Assembly: GCA_964385645.1 (NCBI GenBank)
Contig: CAYLPT010000072.1
Coordinates: forward strand, 4,207-68,206
Length of the DNA: 64,000 bases
Direction: 5' to 3'
Origin: an uncultured bacterium
GTDB taxonomy: Bacteria; Armatimonadota; Hebobacteria; Hebobacterales; Hebobacteraceae
In this document: piece after piece, positions 41,271 to 50,337 of the stretch
Layout: each line of letters begins with the position of its first letter
Numbering within the stretch: the stretch's first letter is position 1
Notes under the pieces: generated by a model
Seen by the model: the letters and a program-made list of their open reading frames with translations, nothing else
Database searches by the model: none
Told to the model about the DNA's origin: nothing
Program-made: the position numbers and the translations under genes

Positions 41271-42047
41271 CTACTGCTGGGCGGGCCGCGCGACGTAGAA
41301 GGCGCGGTCGGTGAGGTCGTCGGGGGGCGCCAGCCGATAGGCGGCGTAGACCGCCACGTCGTCGAAGCCAGCGGCGGCGAGCGCGCTCCGCAGTTCCTCA
41401 TCAGTGTAGGCGCGTTGGTGGTGGACGGCGCTGAAGTGCTCGCCGGTCGCTGCGACCTCGAAGCGCATGCGTACCCGCGAGATGCGGGTCCGTGGGTTGT
41501 AGCGGCTGGTCCATCGGTACCGGACGGGCGCGTCCTCGGCGCTGCGCTGTGTGAACAGCTCCATCTCGAGCGCGCGCACGGTGTTGACGTCGAAGATCAG
41601 CAGCCCGCCCCCTCGCAGCGCGGCGCGCGTGTTTGCAAACGCGCGTTCGAGACGCTTGTGATCGAGGATGTAGTTGAGGCTATCGTAGACGCACAGGGCG
41701 TGGTCAAACTCCGGTGGAAGGTCGAAATCGGTGAGGTCGCAGCACAGGAACTCGACCGAGAGGCCGCTGTCGGCCGCGCGACGGCGCGCCTGGGCCAGCA
41801 TCGCCTCCGAGCGGTCAATGCCGACCACGAGGCAGCCGCGGCGGGCGAGCTGGAGGGCGATGGAGCCAGTGCCGGTGGCCAGGTCGAGAACGCGCGATCC
41901 CGGTCGAATGGGGCGCCCGGCGAGCTCCGCCAGCTGCAGCAGGTACTCGGCCCAGATGCCGTAGGGCACGCTGGACATGATCTGGTCGTAGTAGGGGGCA
42001 ATGCGGGCGAACGGGTCGTCGTTCGACTCGCGCCTGCGGCGCGGCAT
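41271..42047 (-). CDS. class I SAM-dependent methyltransferase
   Basis: 258 aa from ATG 42045-47, with motif I VLDLATGTGSIAL. The N-terminal 145 codons of the track ORF are antisense to the DAHP synthase gene and are rejected. Confidence 0.8.
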   Translation of the reverse strand: MPRRRRESNDDPFARIAPYYDQIMSSVPYGIWAEYLLQLAELAGRPIRPGSRVLDLATGTGSIALQLARRGCLVVGIDRSEAMLAQARRRAADSGLSVEFLCCDLTDFDLPPEFDHALCVYDSLNYILDHKRLERAFANTRAALRGGGLLIFDVNTVRALEMELFTQRSAEDAPVRYRWTSRYNPRTRISRVRMRFEVAATGEHFSAVHHQRAYTDEELRSALAAAGFDDVAVYAAYRLAPPDDLTDRAFYVARPAQQ

Positions 42048-42064
42048 TCGCCGGCGCTCCTCCC

Positions 42065-43123
42065 CTACCCCGCGCGCACCGAGGCCGAGGGCTCGGGGGC
42101 GCCGAGGGTCCTGCCCACCGCCGCGGCCACGGGGCCCGCGGCCCGCATCAGGTCGGCGAACTTGTCCGGCCGCAGCGATTGGGGGCCGTCCGACAGCGCC
42201 ACCGCCGGATCGGGATGGACCTCGACCATGATGCCATCGGCCCCCGCGGCGATCGCCGCCAGCGCAACCGCCGCCACATAGCGGTAGTCTCCAGTGGCGT
42301 GGCTGGGATCGGCGATGACCGGGAGGTGGCTGAAGCGCTTGATGACCGGGATGGCGTTGAGGTCGAAGGTGTAGCGGGTGGCGTCCTCGAAGGTGGTGAT
42401 CCCGCGCTCGCACAGCACGACGTTGGCGTTCCCCTCCAGCATGATGTACTCGGAGGCCATCAACAGGTCGCGCACCCGGCATCCGGGGTGGCGCTTGAGG
42501 ATCACCGGCTTCCCCGTCTGGCCGACCTCCTGGAGGAGTCGGAAGTTCTGCATGTTCCGCGCGCCGATCTGGATCACGTCGGCGTGCTCCACGATGTCCC
42601 CCAGGTCATCCGGGTGGAGCACCTCAGTTACCACCGGCAGCCCGACGAGCCGCCCTGCCTCCGCCAGCACCCGGAGCCCCTCCCGGCCCAGCCCCTGGAA
42701 GCTGTAGGGCGAGGTCCGCGGCTTGAAGGCGCCGCCGCGGAGGAGGTTTGCGCCGGCCTCCTTCACCTGCCGGGCGGCCTCGAGCATCTGCTCCCGGCTC
42801 TCGATGCTGCACGGGCCCGCGATGACGCTGATCGCGCGCCCCCCGATCTCCACCCCGCCGGCCCGGACGATGGAGGGCTCGGGGTGGCTACGCCGGGAGG
42901 CGAGCTTGTAGGGCTCCGAGATGAGGGTGACGCGCTCGACGCCGGGCAGGGCGGAGAAGCGATCCACGAGCTCCGCCTTCTCGGCGTCCATCGCGCCAAG
43001 GAGCGCGATGACTTTGCGCTCCACTCCGGGGTTGACGAAGGGCCTGAAGCCGGCCTTCGCCACGGCCGCGATGACCGCCTCGACCTGCTCCTCCGGGGCC
43101 CCCGCCTGCATGATGATGACCAC
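42065..43123 (-). CDS. 3-deoxy-7-phosphoheptulonate (DAHP) synthase, type I-beta with N-terminal ferredoxin-like domain
   Basis: 352 aa, GTG start with ACGGAGG SD. VIAGPCSIESREQMLEAARQVKEAGANLLRGGAFKPRTSPYSFQGLG, preceded by a ~70-aa ACT/FL-type domain. Confidence 0.9.
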   Translation of the reverse strand: MVIIMQAGAPEEQVEAVIAAVAKAGFRPFVNPGVERKVIALLGAMDAEKAELVDRFSALPGVERVTLISEPYKLASRRSHPEPSIVRAGGVEIGGRAISVIAGPCSIESREQMLEAARQVKEAGANLLRGGAFKPRTSPYSFQGLGREGLRVLAEAGRLVGLPVVTEVLHPDDLGDIVEHADVIQIGARNMQNFRLLQEVGQTGKPVILKRHPGCRVRDLLMASEYIMLEGNANVVLCERGITTFEDATRYTFDLNAIPVIKRFSHLPVIADPSHATGDYRYVAAVALAAIAAGADGIMVEVHPDPAVALSDGPQSLRPDKFADLMRAAGPVAAAVGRTLGAPEPSASVRAG

Positions 43124-43138
43124 GTGCGGGGCCTCCGT

Positions 43139-43573
43139 TCAGGGGGTGTCGCTGGGGGGGCGCGCGATCAGCGCCTCCGTGACATAGACCGGCGCGCCGC
43201 TGCGCACCGCGATGGCGACCGCGTCGCCGGGTCGCGCCTCCACGGCAACCGGGCCCTCGGGGCCGCAAAGGTGCAGCGTGGCGCCCCAGCCGTCCTCCTC
43301 CGCCTCGTCAATGAGCACGTGCTCGAGCTGGACGGAGAGCCGCCGGAGGAGCTGCACCGCGAGGTCGTGGGTGAGAGGCCGGGGTGCGAGTTGTTCTTGC
43401 AGAGCGAGGTGGATGGCAAAGCCCTCGCAGGAGCCCACCGGCACGCGCACCTCTCGGGCGGCCTCGTCCCGCAGCACGAGCAGGGGCAGGCGCTCCTCGT
43501 CCTCCCCGGCGCCGCCGCGGTTCTCGAAGACGCCCACGACTTCCACCCTCACGCTGTCGCCGCCAGCGAACAT
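43139..43573 (-). CDS. bifunctional nuclease (DUF151/BFN) family protein
   Basis: 144 aa. LPLLVLRDEAAREVRVPVGSCEGFAIHLALQEQLAPRPLTHDL...ARPGDAVAIAVRSGAPVYV. Confidence 0.75.
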   Translation of the reverse strand: MFAGGDSVRVEVVGVFENRGGAGEDEERLPLLVLRDEAAREVRVPVGSCEGFAIHLALQEQLAPRPLTHDLAVQLLRRLSVQLEHVLIDEAEEDGWGATLHLCGPEGPVAVEARPGDAVAIAVRSGAPVYVTEALIARPPSDTP

Positions 43574-43600
43574 GGCGTCAGCTCCCTCCCCGACGGAGTA

Positions 43601-44866
43601 TCACTTCGACTCCTTGCTGAGCTCCCGCTGGACCCACTTGAGGAACTCGGCGTTGGTCGAGGTCTTGCGCAGGCCGGTCAGGAGCAGCTCGGTGGCCTGC
43701 GTGGTGTCGAGCGCGTTGAGCACCCGCCGGAGCTGGTAGACGCGCTGAAGATCTTCCTCGGAGAAGAGCAGCTCCTGGTGGCGGGTGCCGGAGCGTTGGA
43801 TGTCAATGGCGGGGAAGATCCCCCGGTCGGCCATCGAGCGATCGAGCACGAGCTCCTGGTTGCCGGTGGCCTTGAACTCCTCGAAGATCATATCGTCCAT
43901 GCGGCTGCCGGTCTCGACGAGCGCGGTGGCGATGACGGTGAGGCTGCCGCCCTCCTCGATGTTGCGGGCGGAGGCGAAGAAGCGCTTGGGGCGATACAGC
44001 GCGCTGGGGTCCAGCCCGCCCGAGAGGGTGCGGCCGCTGGGGGCGACGGTGAGGTTGGAGGCGCGGGCCAAGCGGGTGAGAGAGTCGAGCAGCACGACGA
44101 CGTCGCGGCCGCTCTCGACGAGGCGCTTGGCATGCTCCAGGACGATCTCCTGGAGCTTCAGGTGATTCTCGGGCACCTCGTCGAAGGTGGAGGCGGCCAC
44201 CTCGCCGTCCACCGAGCGGCGGATATCGGTGACCTCCTCCGGGCGCTCATCAATCAGGAGCACGAGCAGGTACACCTCGGGGTGGTTCACGGTGATGCCG
44301 TTGGCGATCTGCTTGAGCAGGGTGGTCTTGCCGGCCTTGGGGGGGGAGACGATGAGGCCCCGCTGCCCCTTCCCGATGGGGGCTACGATGTCAATGAAGC
44401 GCCCCGAGACGTTCTCGGGGACGGTCTCCATACGGAGGCGCTCGGAGGGGTAGATGGGGGTCAGCTCATCGAAGCTCTTCCGGTGGCGGGCGGCCTCGGG
44501 CTGGGCGCCGTTGATGGCGTCCACCTTGAGGAGGCTGTGGTAGCGCTCGCCGCTCTTGGGGGCGCGGACCGCGCCCACCACCGTGTCCCCGGTGCGCAGG
44601 CCGAAGCGCTTCACCTGCGACTGCGAGACGTAGATATCGTCAGCGCTGGGCAGGTGGTTGCGGACGCGGAGGAACCCGTAGCCCTCGGGGAGCACCTCGA
44701 GGACGCCCTGCGCGTAGCGCAGGCCGTTGGACTCGGCCTGGGCGCGCATGATGCCCAGCATGAGGTCGCGCTTGCGCAGCTTCTCGTAGTCGCCCACGGA
44801 GAGCTGCTTGGCGATTGACTGCAGGTCGTCTACGCTCTTCTGCTCGAGTTCAGCTAGCTCGATCAC
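43601..44866 (-). CDS. rho: transcription termination factor Rho
   Basis: 421 aa, GTG start. Cold-shock-like RNA-binding domain GVLEVLPEGYGFLR, Walker A PPKAGKTTLL, and ALVETGSRMDDMIFEEFKATGN. Confidence 0.95.
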   Translation of the reverse strand: MIELAELEQKSVDDLQSIAKQLSVGDYEKLRKRDLMLGIMRAQAESNGLRYAQGVLEVLPEGYGFLRVRNHLPSADDIYVSQSQVKRFGLRTGDTVVGAVRAPKSGERYHSLLKVDAINGAQPEAARHRKSFDELTPIYPSERLRMETVPENVSGRFIDIVAPIGKGQRGLIVSPPKAGKTTLLKQIANGITVNHPEVYLLVLLIDERPEEVTDIRRSVDGEVAASTFDEVPENHLKLQEIVLEHAKRLVESGRDVVVLLDSLTRLARASNLTVAPSGRTLSGGLDPSALYRPKRFFASARNIEEGGSLTVIATALVETGSRMDDMIFEEFKATGNQELVLDRSMADRGIFPAIDIQRSGTRHQELLFSEEDLQRVYQLRRVLNALDTTQATELLLTGLRKTSTNAEFLKWVQRELSKESK

Positions 44867-45112
44867 CTCAACCGCCCCCTCTGTGCCGCATCTGCGGCAA
44901 GTCCTCGACGGTGGCTTCGGCCTGGCGCGGCCTCGGAAGGGTGCTGTGGGGCGCCCGGCGAGGGAACGACCGCGGGGTCTGGCGCGCGTTCCGCGTCAGG
45001 CAGGTCGGGATCGCAACCTCGGCGCGCCCGCTCACATTCCGAGCTGTGGCGCTTGCACAGCGCCGGCCGACGCGCGAGACTTCAGGGAATAGGCTCTGAA
45101 TACCCCACGCGC

Positions 45113-45141
45113 ATTATACCACAAAGCACGGGCCATGTACA
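45113..45141 (-). promoter_or_regulatory. candidate extended -10 promoter of rho (TGTACA-17-TGgTATAAT)
   Basis: Minus-strand TATAAT at 45113-18 preceded by TGg; -35-like TGTACA at 45136-41. Lies between the hpt stop and the rho start and implies a ~240-nt rho leader. Confidence 0.5.
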
Positions 45142-45157
45142 CCGGCCTTGCGCCATC

Positions 45158-45733
45158 TCAGCCCGCCTCGTCGGGCGGGGTCCCCCGCCCGGCGTAGATG
45201 TGCGACTTCAGGATCCCGATGAAGGGCAGGTTTCGGTAGTGCTGCGCGAAGTCCAGCCCGTAGCCCACCACGAAGGCGTCCGGCACCTCGAAGCCCAGGT
45301 AGTCCGCCTTCGCCTCGATCTTGCGCCGGCTCGGCTTGTCCAGCAACGCCGCCACCCTCACGCTCGCCGGCTTCCGGGAGCGGATGTTGTCCAGCAGGTA
45401 GTGCAGCGTCAGGCCTGTGTCTATGATGTCCTCCACGATGAGGACGTGCTTGCTCTCGACGTTCGTCTCGAGGTCCTTCAGGATTCGGAACACCCCGCTC
45501 GACGAGGTGTCCTTCCCATAGCTCGACCAGGAGACGAAGTCCACGGTGCAGCGCAGATCGAGCCGTCGCATGAGGTCGGCCAGGAAGACGAAGGCCCCGT
45601 TGAGCACCCCCACCAGCACGGGGTCCTTGTCCCGGTAGTCCCGTGAGATGCGCTCGGCGAGCTCCTCCACCTTCGCCTGGATCTGCTCCTCGCTGATGAG
45701 CACCTCTTGGATGTCGGACACCATGGCGGACAC
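45158..45733 (-). CDS. hpt: hypoxanthine phosphoribosyltransferase
   Basis: ~190 aa. PRPP-binding motif VLIVEDIIDTGLTL and VVGYGLDFAQHYRNLPFIG. Start is GTG 45733 or ATG 45724. Confidence 0.93.
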   Translation of the reverse strand: MSAMVSDIQEVLISEEQIQAKVEELAERISRDYRDKDPVLVGVLNGAFVFLADLMRRLDLRCTVDFVSWSSYGKDTSSSGVFRILKDLETNVESKHVLIVEDIIDTGLTLHYLLDNIRSRKPASVRVAALLDKPSRRKIEAKADYLGFEVPDAFVVGYGLDFAQHYRNLPFIGILKSHIYAGRGTPPDEAG

Positions 45734-45734
45734 C

Positions 45735-47285
45735 TCACTCCCACTCGATGGTCGCGGGGGGCTTCGAGCTGAGGTCGTAGACCACCCGGTTGACCCCGCG
45801 CACCTCGTTGATGATCCTGGTGCTGATGCTCGAGAGCACCTCGTAGGGCAGCGGCGCCCAGTCGGCCGTCATCGCATCCTCGCTGACCACCGCCCTCAGG
45901 ATGATGGTCTTCGCGTAGGTGCGCTGGTCGCCCATGACCCCCACGCTCTTGACTGGGGCAAGCACGCCGAAGCACTGGAACAGGCGCCGGTAGAGTCCCG
46001 CAGCGCGGATCTCGTTGATGATGATGTCGTCTGCCTCCCGCAGCGTCTCCAGCGCCTCCGGCGTCACCTCGCCCAGCACGCGGATCGCCAGCCCCGGCCC
46101 AGGGAAGGGGTGCCGCCACACGATCTCCGCCGGCAGCCCCAGCTCCTCCCCCACCGCGCGCACCTCGTCCTTGAACAGATACCGCACCGGCTCCACGAGC
46201 TTGAGCTGCAGCGTCTCTGGCAGCCCCCCCACGTTGTGGTGGGTCTTGATGCGGGCCGCCTGCCGTGTCCCGCTCTCGATGACGTCGGGATACAACGTGC
46301 CCTGGGCCAGGAACTCCACCTCCCCGATCTCCCGGGCCGCCTCCTCGAGCACGTTGGCGTACTCCTCCCCGATGATCCGGCGCTTCTGCTCGGGGTCGCT
46401 CACCCCGCGCAGCCTCCGCAGAAAGCGGTCCTGGGCCTGCACGTGCACCAGGTTCACGTGGAAGTGCTCCCGGAACGTGGTCACCACCTGCTCCCCCTCG
46501 CCCTTGCGCAGGAACCCGTGGTCCATGAAGATGCAGGTCAGCTGATCCCCCACCGCCCGGTGGACGAGGGCCGCCGTCACCGCCGAGTCCACGCCCCCGC
46601 TCAGCGCGCACACCACTCTCCCGTCACCCACCTGCTCCCGGATCGCGCGCACCGACTGGGTGACCACCGACTCGGTCGTCCACAGCTCCCGACAGCCGCA
46701 CTGGCGGTGCAGGAAATTCCGGAAGATCTCGATGCCCCAGGGCGTGTGGGCCACCTCGGGGTGGAACTGCACGCCGAAGAGGCGGCGCTCCCGGTTGGCC
46801 ATCGCGGCCAGGCCGCTGGCCGTGCGGGCGGTCTCGATGAAGCCGGGCGGCACCGCGTCCACGCGGTCGCCGTGACTCATCCAGGCGATCAGACGCGGGT
46901 TCAGGTCCTCAAACAGGTCGCCGTGGTCGAGCACGGTGATCTCGGTCTTGCCGTACTCGCGGCGCTCGCCGCGCCGCACGCTCCCCCCCTGGAGCATGGC
47001 CATGAGCTGCATGCCATAGCAGATGCCGAGGATGGGCACCCCGGCCTCGAACAGCGCGGGGTCGCAGCGCGGCGCTCCGTCCTCGTACACGCTGCTGGGC
47101 CCGCCGGAGAACACGATCCCCTTGGGCCGGCGGGCGAGGATGTCGGCCACGGGCGTGTCGTGGGGCACGATCTCGCAGTAGACGTGGCACTCCCGGATGC
47201 GGCGGGCGATGAGCTGGCCGTACTGCGCGCCGAAGTCAACGACGAGGACCAGCTCCTCGGGCTGGGGACTCCTGGGGACGCTCAT
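45735..47285 (-). CDS. guaA: glutamine-hydrolysing GMP synthase
   Basis: 516 aa from ATG 47283-85. GATase [14 protein letters not shown]-PPase SGGVDSAV, and C-terminus KPPATIEWE. Confidence 0.95.
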   Translation of the reverse strand: MSVPRSPQPEELVLVVDFGAQYGQLIARRIRECHVYCEIVPHDTPVADILARRPKGIVFSGGPSSVYEDGAPRCDPALFEAGVPILGICYGMQLMAMLQGGSVRRGERREYGKTEITVLDHGDLFEDLNPRLIAWMSHGDRVDAVPPGFIETARTASGLAAMANRERRLFGVQFHPEVAHTPWGIEIFRNFLHRQCGCRELWTTESVVTQSVRAIREQVGDGRVVCALSGGVDSAVTAALVHRAVGDQLTCIFMDHGFLRKGEGEQVVTTFREHFHVNLVHVQAQDRFLRRLRGVSDPEQKRRIIGEEYANVLEEAAREIGEVEFLAQGTLYPDVIESGTRQAARIKTHHNVGGLPETLQLKLVEPVRYLFKDEVRAVGEELGLPAEIVWRHPFPGPGLAIRVLGEVTPEALETLREADDIIINEIRAAGLYRRLFQCFGVLAPVKSVGVMGDQRTYAKTIILRAVVSEDAMTADWAPLPYEVLSSISTRIINEVRGVNRVVYDLSSKPPATIEWE

Positions 47286-47307
47286 GTGCCGATCCTCGGC
47301 CCGCTCC

Positions 47308-48468
47308 CTATCCCGTGCCCCCGACGCCCTGGGCGCGCTGGTGCGCCTTGCCTTCGGTGGGCAGGGCGGGGGCGACGACGATCTCGGCGCGCTGCATGTC
47401 CCGGAGCGTGCGCGCGCCACAGCAGGCCATGGCGAGCCGCAGGGCGCCGAACAGATTCGTGGCGCCGTCCTCCCGCTTGGCCGGCCCCAACAGGATCTGC
47501 TTCATGGGCCCGACGACGCCGACCCGGATGCGAGTCCCCCGGGGCAGGCCCAGGTCCGAGGTGGCCATGCCCCAGTGGAAACCCCGGCCGGGCGCTTCGG
47601 CAGCCGCCGCGAGGGGCGAGCCGATCATCACCGCGTCGGCGCCCGCCGCGAAGGCCTTCGCGATGTCGCCGCCGACCCGCATGCCGCCGTCGAGGATGAT
47701 GGGCACGCGCTTGCCTGTCTCCCGCTCGTGGTCGTCCCGGGCCGCCGCACAGTCGAGCGCCGCCGTGATCTGGGGCACGCCGATCCCCAGCACCCGCCGC
47801 GTTGTACACGCAGCCCCCGGCCCCACCCCCACCAACACGCCGTCCGCGCCCGCCCGCATGAGGTCCCGCGCGGCCTCGTAGCTCACGCAGTTGCCGACGA
47901 ACACGGGCGCCTCGACCATGTCCGCGAGGCGCCGGAAATCCAGCCCCTCGTGGCGCTCTGAGAGGTGCCGGGCGGTGGTGACCGTGGACTGGACGATGAG
48001 CGCATCCACCTGCCCGGGCCCGATCACCTCCGCGGCATGCCGGGCGAAGGCGGGCGTCGGCGACACGGCCACCTTCGCCCCCCGCTGCCTGACCTCCGCG
48101 ACGCGGCGGCGGATGAGCTCGTCCTTGACCGGTTCCTGGTAGATCCCCTGGATGACAGCGACTGCCTCCTCGGCGGAGGCGGCGGCGATGCGCTCATAGA
48201 GCGGTGCAGGGTCCTCGTAGCGGGTCAGGATGCCCTGAAGGTGGAGCACGCCGAGGCCGCCGAGCTCGCCGAGGGTGACCGCGGAAGCGACGTCCATGAC
48301 CGCGTCCATCGCGGAGGCGAGCAGGGGCAGCCCCAGGCGCACCCCGGCCAGCTCGCAGCTCAGGTCCACCTGCTCGGGGTCAACCGTCACCGCGCCGGGG
48401 ACGAGCGCCACGTCATCGAAGCCAAAGGTGCGGCGGCTGATCCGCCCACGACCGATCTCGATAGCCAC
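47308..48468 (-). CDS. IMP dehydrogenase-family protein lacking the CBS pair (GuaB3-like)
   Basis: 386 aa from GTG 48466-68 (AGGAGGG SD). FDDVALVPG, catalytic-loop-like [21 protein letters not shown], and [24 protein letters not shown]. No CBS insert is visible. Confidence 0.8.
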   Translation of the reverse strand: MAIEIGRGRISRRTFGFDDVALVPGAVTVDPEQVDLSCELAGVRLGLPLLASAMDAVMDVASAVTLGELGGLGVLHLQGILTRYEDPAPLYERIAAASAEEAVAVIQGIYQEPVKDELIRRRVAEVRQRGAKVAVSPTPAFARHAAEVIGPGQVDALIVQSTVTTARHLSERHEGLDFRRLADMVEAPVFVGNCVSYEAARDLMRAGADGVLVGVGPGAACTTRRVLGIGVPQITAALDCAAARDDHERETGKRVPIILDGGMRVGGDIAKAFAAGADAVMIGSPLAAAAEAPGRGFHWGMATSDLGLPRGTRIRVGVVGPMKQILLGPAKREDGATNLFGALRLAMACCGARTLRDMQRAEIVVAPALPTEGKAHQRAQGVGGTG

Positions 48469-48635
48469 CCTTGTACCGCCCTCCTGGGTGGACGCCGGCG
48501 CCCCACCCGCCGCGCCCGGGAAATCGTGCCCCCGCTCAAGCTGCACGCGGGACGCGCAACACCGGGGTCGGTGGGCTCGAGCAGAGGCGCGGGTAGATGG
48601 GGCCGTCTCCGGGCCGCCTCACCCGAGGATGGGGT

Positions 48636-48664
48636 ATTCTAGCAACCCGCCGCGTGGTTGTCAA
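48636..48664 (-). promoter_or_regulatory. near-consensus sigma70 promoter (TTGACA-17-TAGAAT) for guaB3-like/guaA/hpt
   Basis: Minus-strand TTGACA at 48659-64 and TAGAAT at 48636-41. Implies a ~160-nt leader before GTG 48468. Confidence 0.55.
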
Positions 48665-48752
48665 ACACCAGGCGCCGCCGGCCGATGGGGCCCGCGACCA
48701 TGCGGGGGAGGGGTCTGCCCGCCGGGCCGGCTCCTCCCCTGCTCCCCGGCAC

Positions 48753-48781
48753 TTGACAGGCCGGCGGCATCATGTTAGTAT
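48753..48781 (+). promoter_or_regulatory. near-consensus sigma70 promoter (TTGACA-17-TAGTAT) for arsR/small ORF/ABC-2 operon
   Basis: TTGACA 48753-58, 17-nt spacer, TAGTAT 48776-81. ATG of arsR at 48808. Confidence 0.55.
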
Positions 48782-48807
48782 TCTCTGAAAGGCTTACCGA
48801 CCGCACC

Positions 48808-49164
48808 ATGGGCGATCTCGTCAAGCTGTTCAAGGCGCTCTCCGATCCCACCCGACTGGAGATCCTGGTTCGGCTCTCCGACGGCGACCTGTGCGTCGGC
48901 GCGCTCGCCTACCGGCTCGGGGTCACCCACTCGGCGGTCTCTCAGCACCTGCGGGTGCTGCGGGAGGCCGGGCTGGTGGAGGGGCAACGGCGCGGCCCCC
49001 GGGTCCACTACGCGGTGAGGCGGGAGCAGGTCCGGGCGGCCTCCGAGCAGGTGTCGGAGTGGCTGAGCAGGCTGGGCGCGCAGCCTGACGAGAGAGGTGC
49101 GGCAGGGGCCGTGCACGCGAGGCGGGCCCGCCCGCGCCGCGTCGAATCCGCCGCGAGGAGGTGA
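48808..49164 (+). CDS. ArsR/SmtB family transcriptional regulator
   Basis: 118 aa from ATG 48808. LFKALSDPTRLEILVRLSDGDLCVGALAYRLGVTHSAVSQHLRVLREAGLV. Confidence 0.88.
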   Translation: MGDLVKLFKALSDPTRLEILVRLSDGDLCVGALAYRLGVTHSAVSQHLRVLREAGLVEGQRRGPRVHYAVRREQVRAASEQVSEWLSRLGAQPDERGAAGAVHARRARPRRVESAARR

Positions 49165-49167
49165 ACC

Positions 49168-49299
49168 ATGCCGGCCGAGACGAAGAAGTGCGAGAAGGGC
49201 AAGGACCCCAGGACCTGCACCCCCGAGCAGATCAAGGAGTGCCACGGGGAGGTCGCAGTCCACCCGTGTGGGTCCGGCAACCCGAAGAAGAAGAAGTGA
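49168..49299 (+). CDS. unannotated 43-aa Cys/His-rich, Lys-tailed small protein
   Basis: ATG 49168 preceded by GAGGAGGTGA SD, 3 nt after the arsR stop. Sequence MPAETKKCEKGKDPRTCTPEQIKECHGEVAVHPCGSGNPKKKK, ending at TGA 49297-99. GC-rich third positions match the host. Below the 60-aa ORF-track threshold. Confidence 0.55.
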   Translation: MPAETKKCEKGKDPRTCTPEQIKECHGEVAVHPCGSGNPKKKK

Positions 49300-49356
49300 A
49301 GGCCGGAGGCGGGCGGCCCGGGGGCGCCTCGGGCCGCCCGCGCGCGGGGGAGTGCT

Positions 49357-50337
49357 ATGGCTGCGGACGTCATCATCGAGGTGCGAGGGCTGGCCAAGCG
49401 CTTCGGCGGCGTGCAAGCGGTGGCCGGGGTGGATTTCGACGTCCGGGCCGGGGAGCTGTTCGGCTTCCTGGGGCCGAACGGCGCAGGCAAGACCACGACC
49501 ATCAACATGCTCACGGGCCTGGCGCGGCCAGACGCCGGCACGATCCGGATCGCCGGCATAGACTGCTCGGCCGACCCGAAGGCCGCGCAGCACCTGGTCG
49601 GCACCGTTCCAGACGAGACGAACCTCTACCCCGAGCTGACAGGCTTCGAGAACCTGAGCTTCTGCGCCGCGCTGTATGGGATGCGGCGGGCCCCGCGAGA
49701 GGCCCGGGCGCGGGAGCTGCTGGAGAGCTTCGGCCTGGGGGAGGCGGCCGACCGCAAGTTCGGCGGCTACTCCAAGGGCATGAAGCGCAGGCTCACGCTG
49801 GCCGCGGGCATAGTCCACCAACCCCAGATTCTGTTCCTGGACGAGCCGACCACCGGCATTGACGTCGCCAGCGCGCGGCAGATCCGCCAGCTCATCGCCG
49901 ACCTGCACCGCCGCGGCACCACCATCTTCCTGACTACCCACTACATCGAGGAGGCCGAGCGGCTCTGCGATCGGATCGCCTTCATCGTCGCCGGCCGCAT
50001 CGTGCGCACCGATTCCGTGGCCGCGCTCATGCAGGAGACCGAGGGCCAACACGCGGTGGAGTTCGCGCTGTCGGGCGAGGCCCGACAGGTGTGCGGAGTG
50101 CTCGAGGAGGCGCTCCCAGGGCTCTCGTGCCGGCTCGTCTCCGATGGGCGGCTCCGGGTGGAGGCCGCCTGGCCGGTGCCCATCGGCCCCATCGTGCGCC
50201 TGCTGGAGGAGCGCGGCCTCGAGGTGGAGGAGGCGCGCAAGGTGCGCCTGTCCCTGGAGGAGGTGTTCGTGCGGGTGACGGGCATTGAGGCGGCGGCCAT
50301 GCAGCGGGAGCGGGAGAAGGCGGGGGCCGGGCCATGA
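49357..50337 (+). CDS. ABC-2-type (DrrA-like) transporter ATP-binding protein
   Basis: 326 aa. GFLGPNGAGKTTT, YSKGMKRRLTLA and ILFLDEPTTGID. Confidence 0.92.
   Translation: MAADVIIEVRGLAKRFGGVQAVAGVDFDVRAGELFGFLGPNGAGKTTTINMLTGLARPDAGTIRIAGIDCSADPKAAQHLVGTVPDETNLYPELTGFENLSFCAALYGMRRAPREARARELLESFGLGEAADRKFGGYSKGMKRRLTLAAGIVHQPQILFLDEPTTGIDVASARQIRQLIADLHRRGTTIFLTTHYIEEAERLCDRIAFIVAGRIVRTDSVAALMQETEGQHAVEFALSGEARQVCGVLEEALPGLSCRLVSDGRLRVEAAWPVPIGPIVRLLEERGLEVEEARKVRLSLEEVFVRVTGIEAAAMQREREKAGAGP

Noticed and set aside
42179-44818. 879-aa plus-strand ORF
   Set aside because: It is antisense to DAHP synthase, the DUF151 nuclease and rho, all of which have unmistakable motifs. It has low-complexity composition and spans three real genes and their intergenic gaps.
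45648-47699. 683-aa plus-strand ORF. Similar cases: 24202-25893 (-), 48775-50343 (-), 52242-53855 (-), 30822-32066 (-), 33763-35013 (-)
   Set aside because: All are antisense or out of frame to genes with strong family motifs (guaA, the OPT-like gene, ArsR/ABC-2, GH1, ftsZ, dprA). They are high-GC artefacts.
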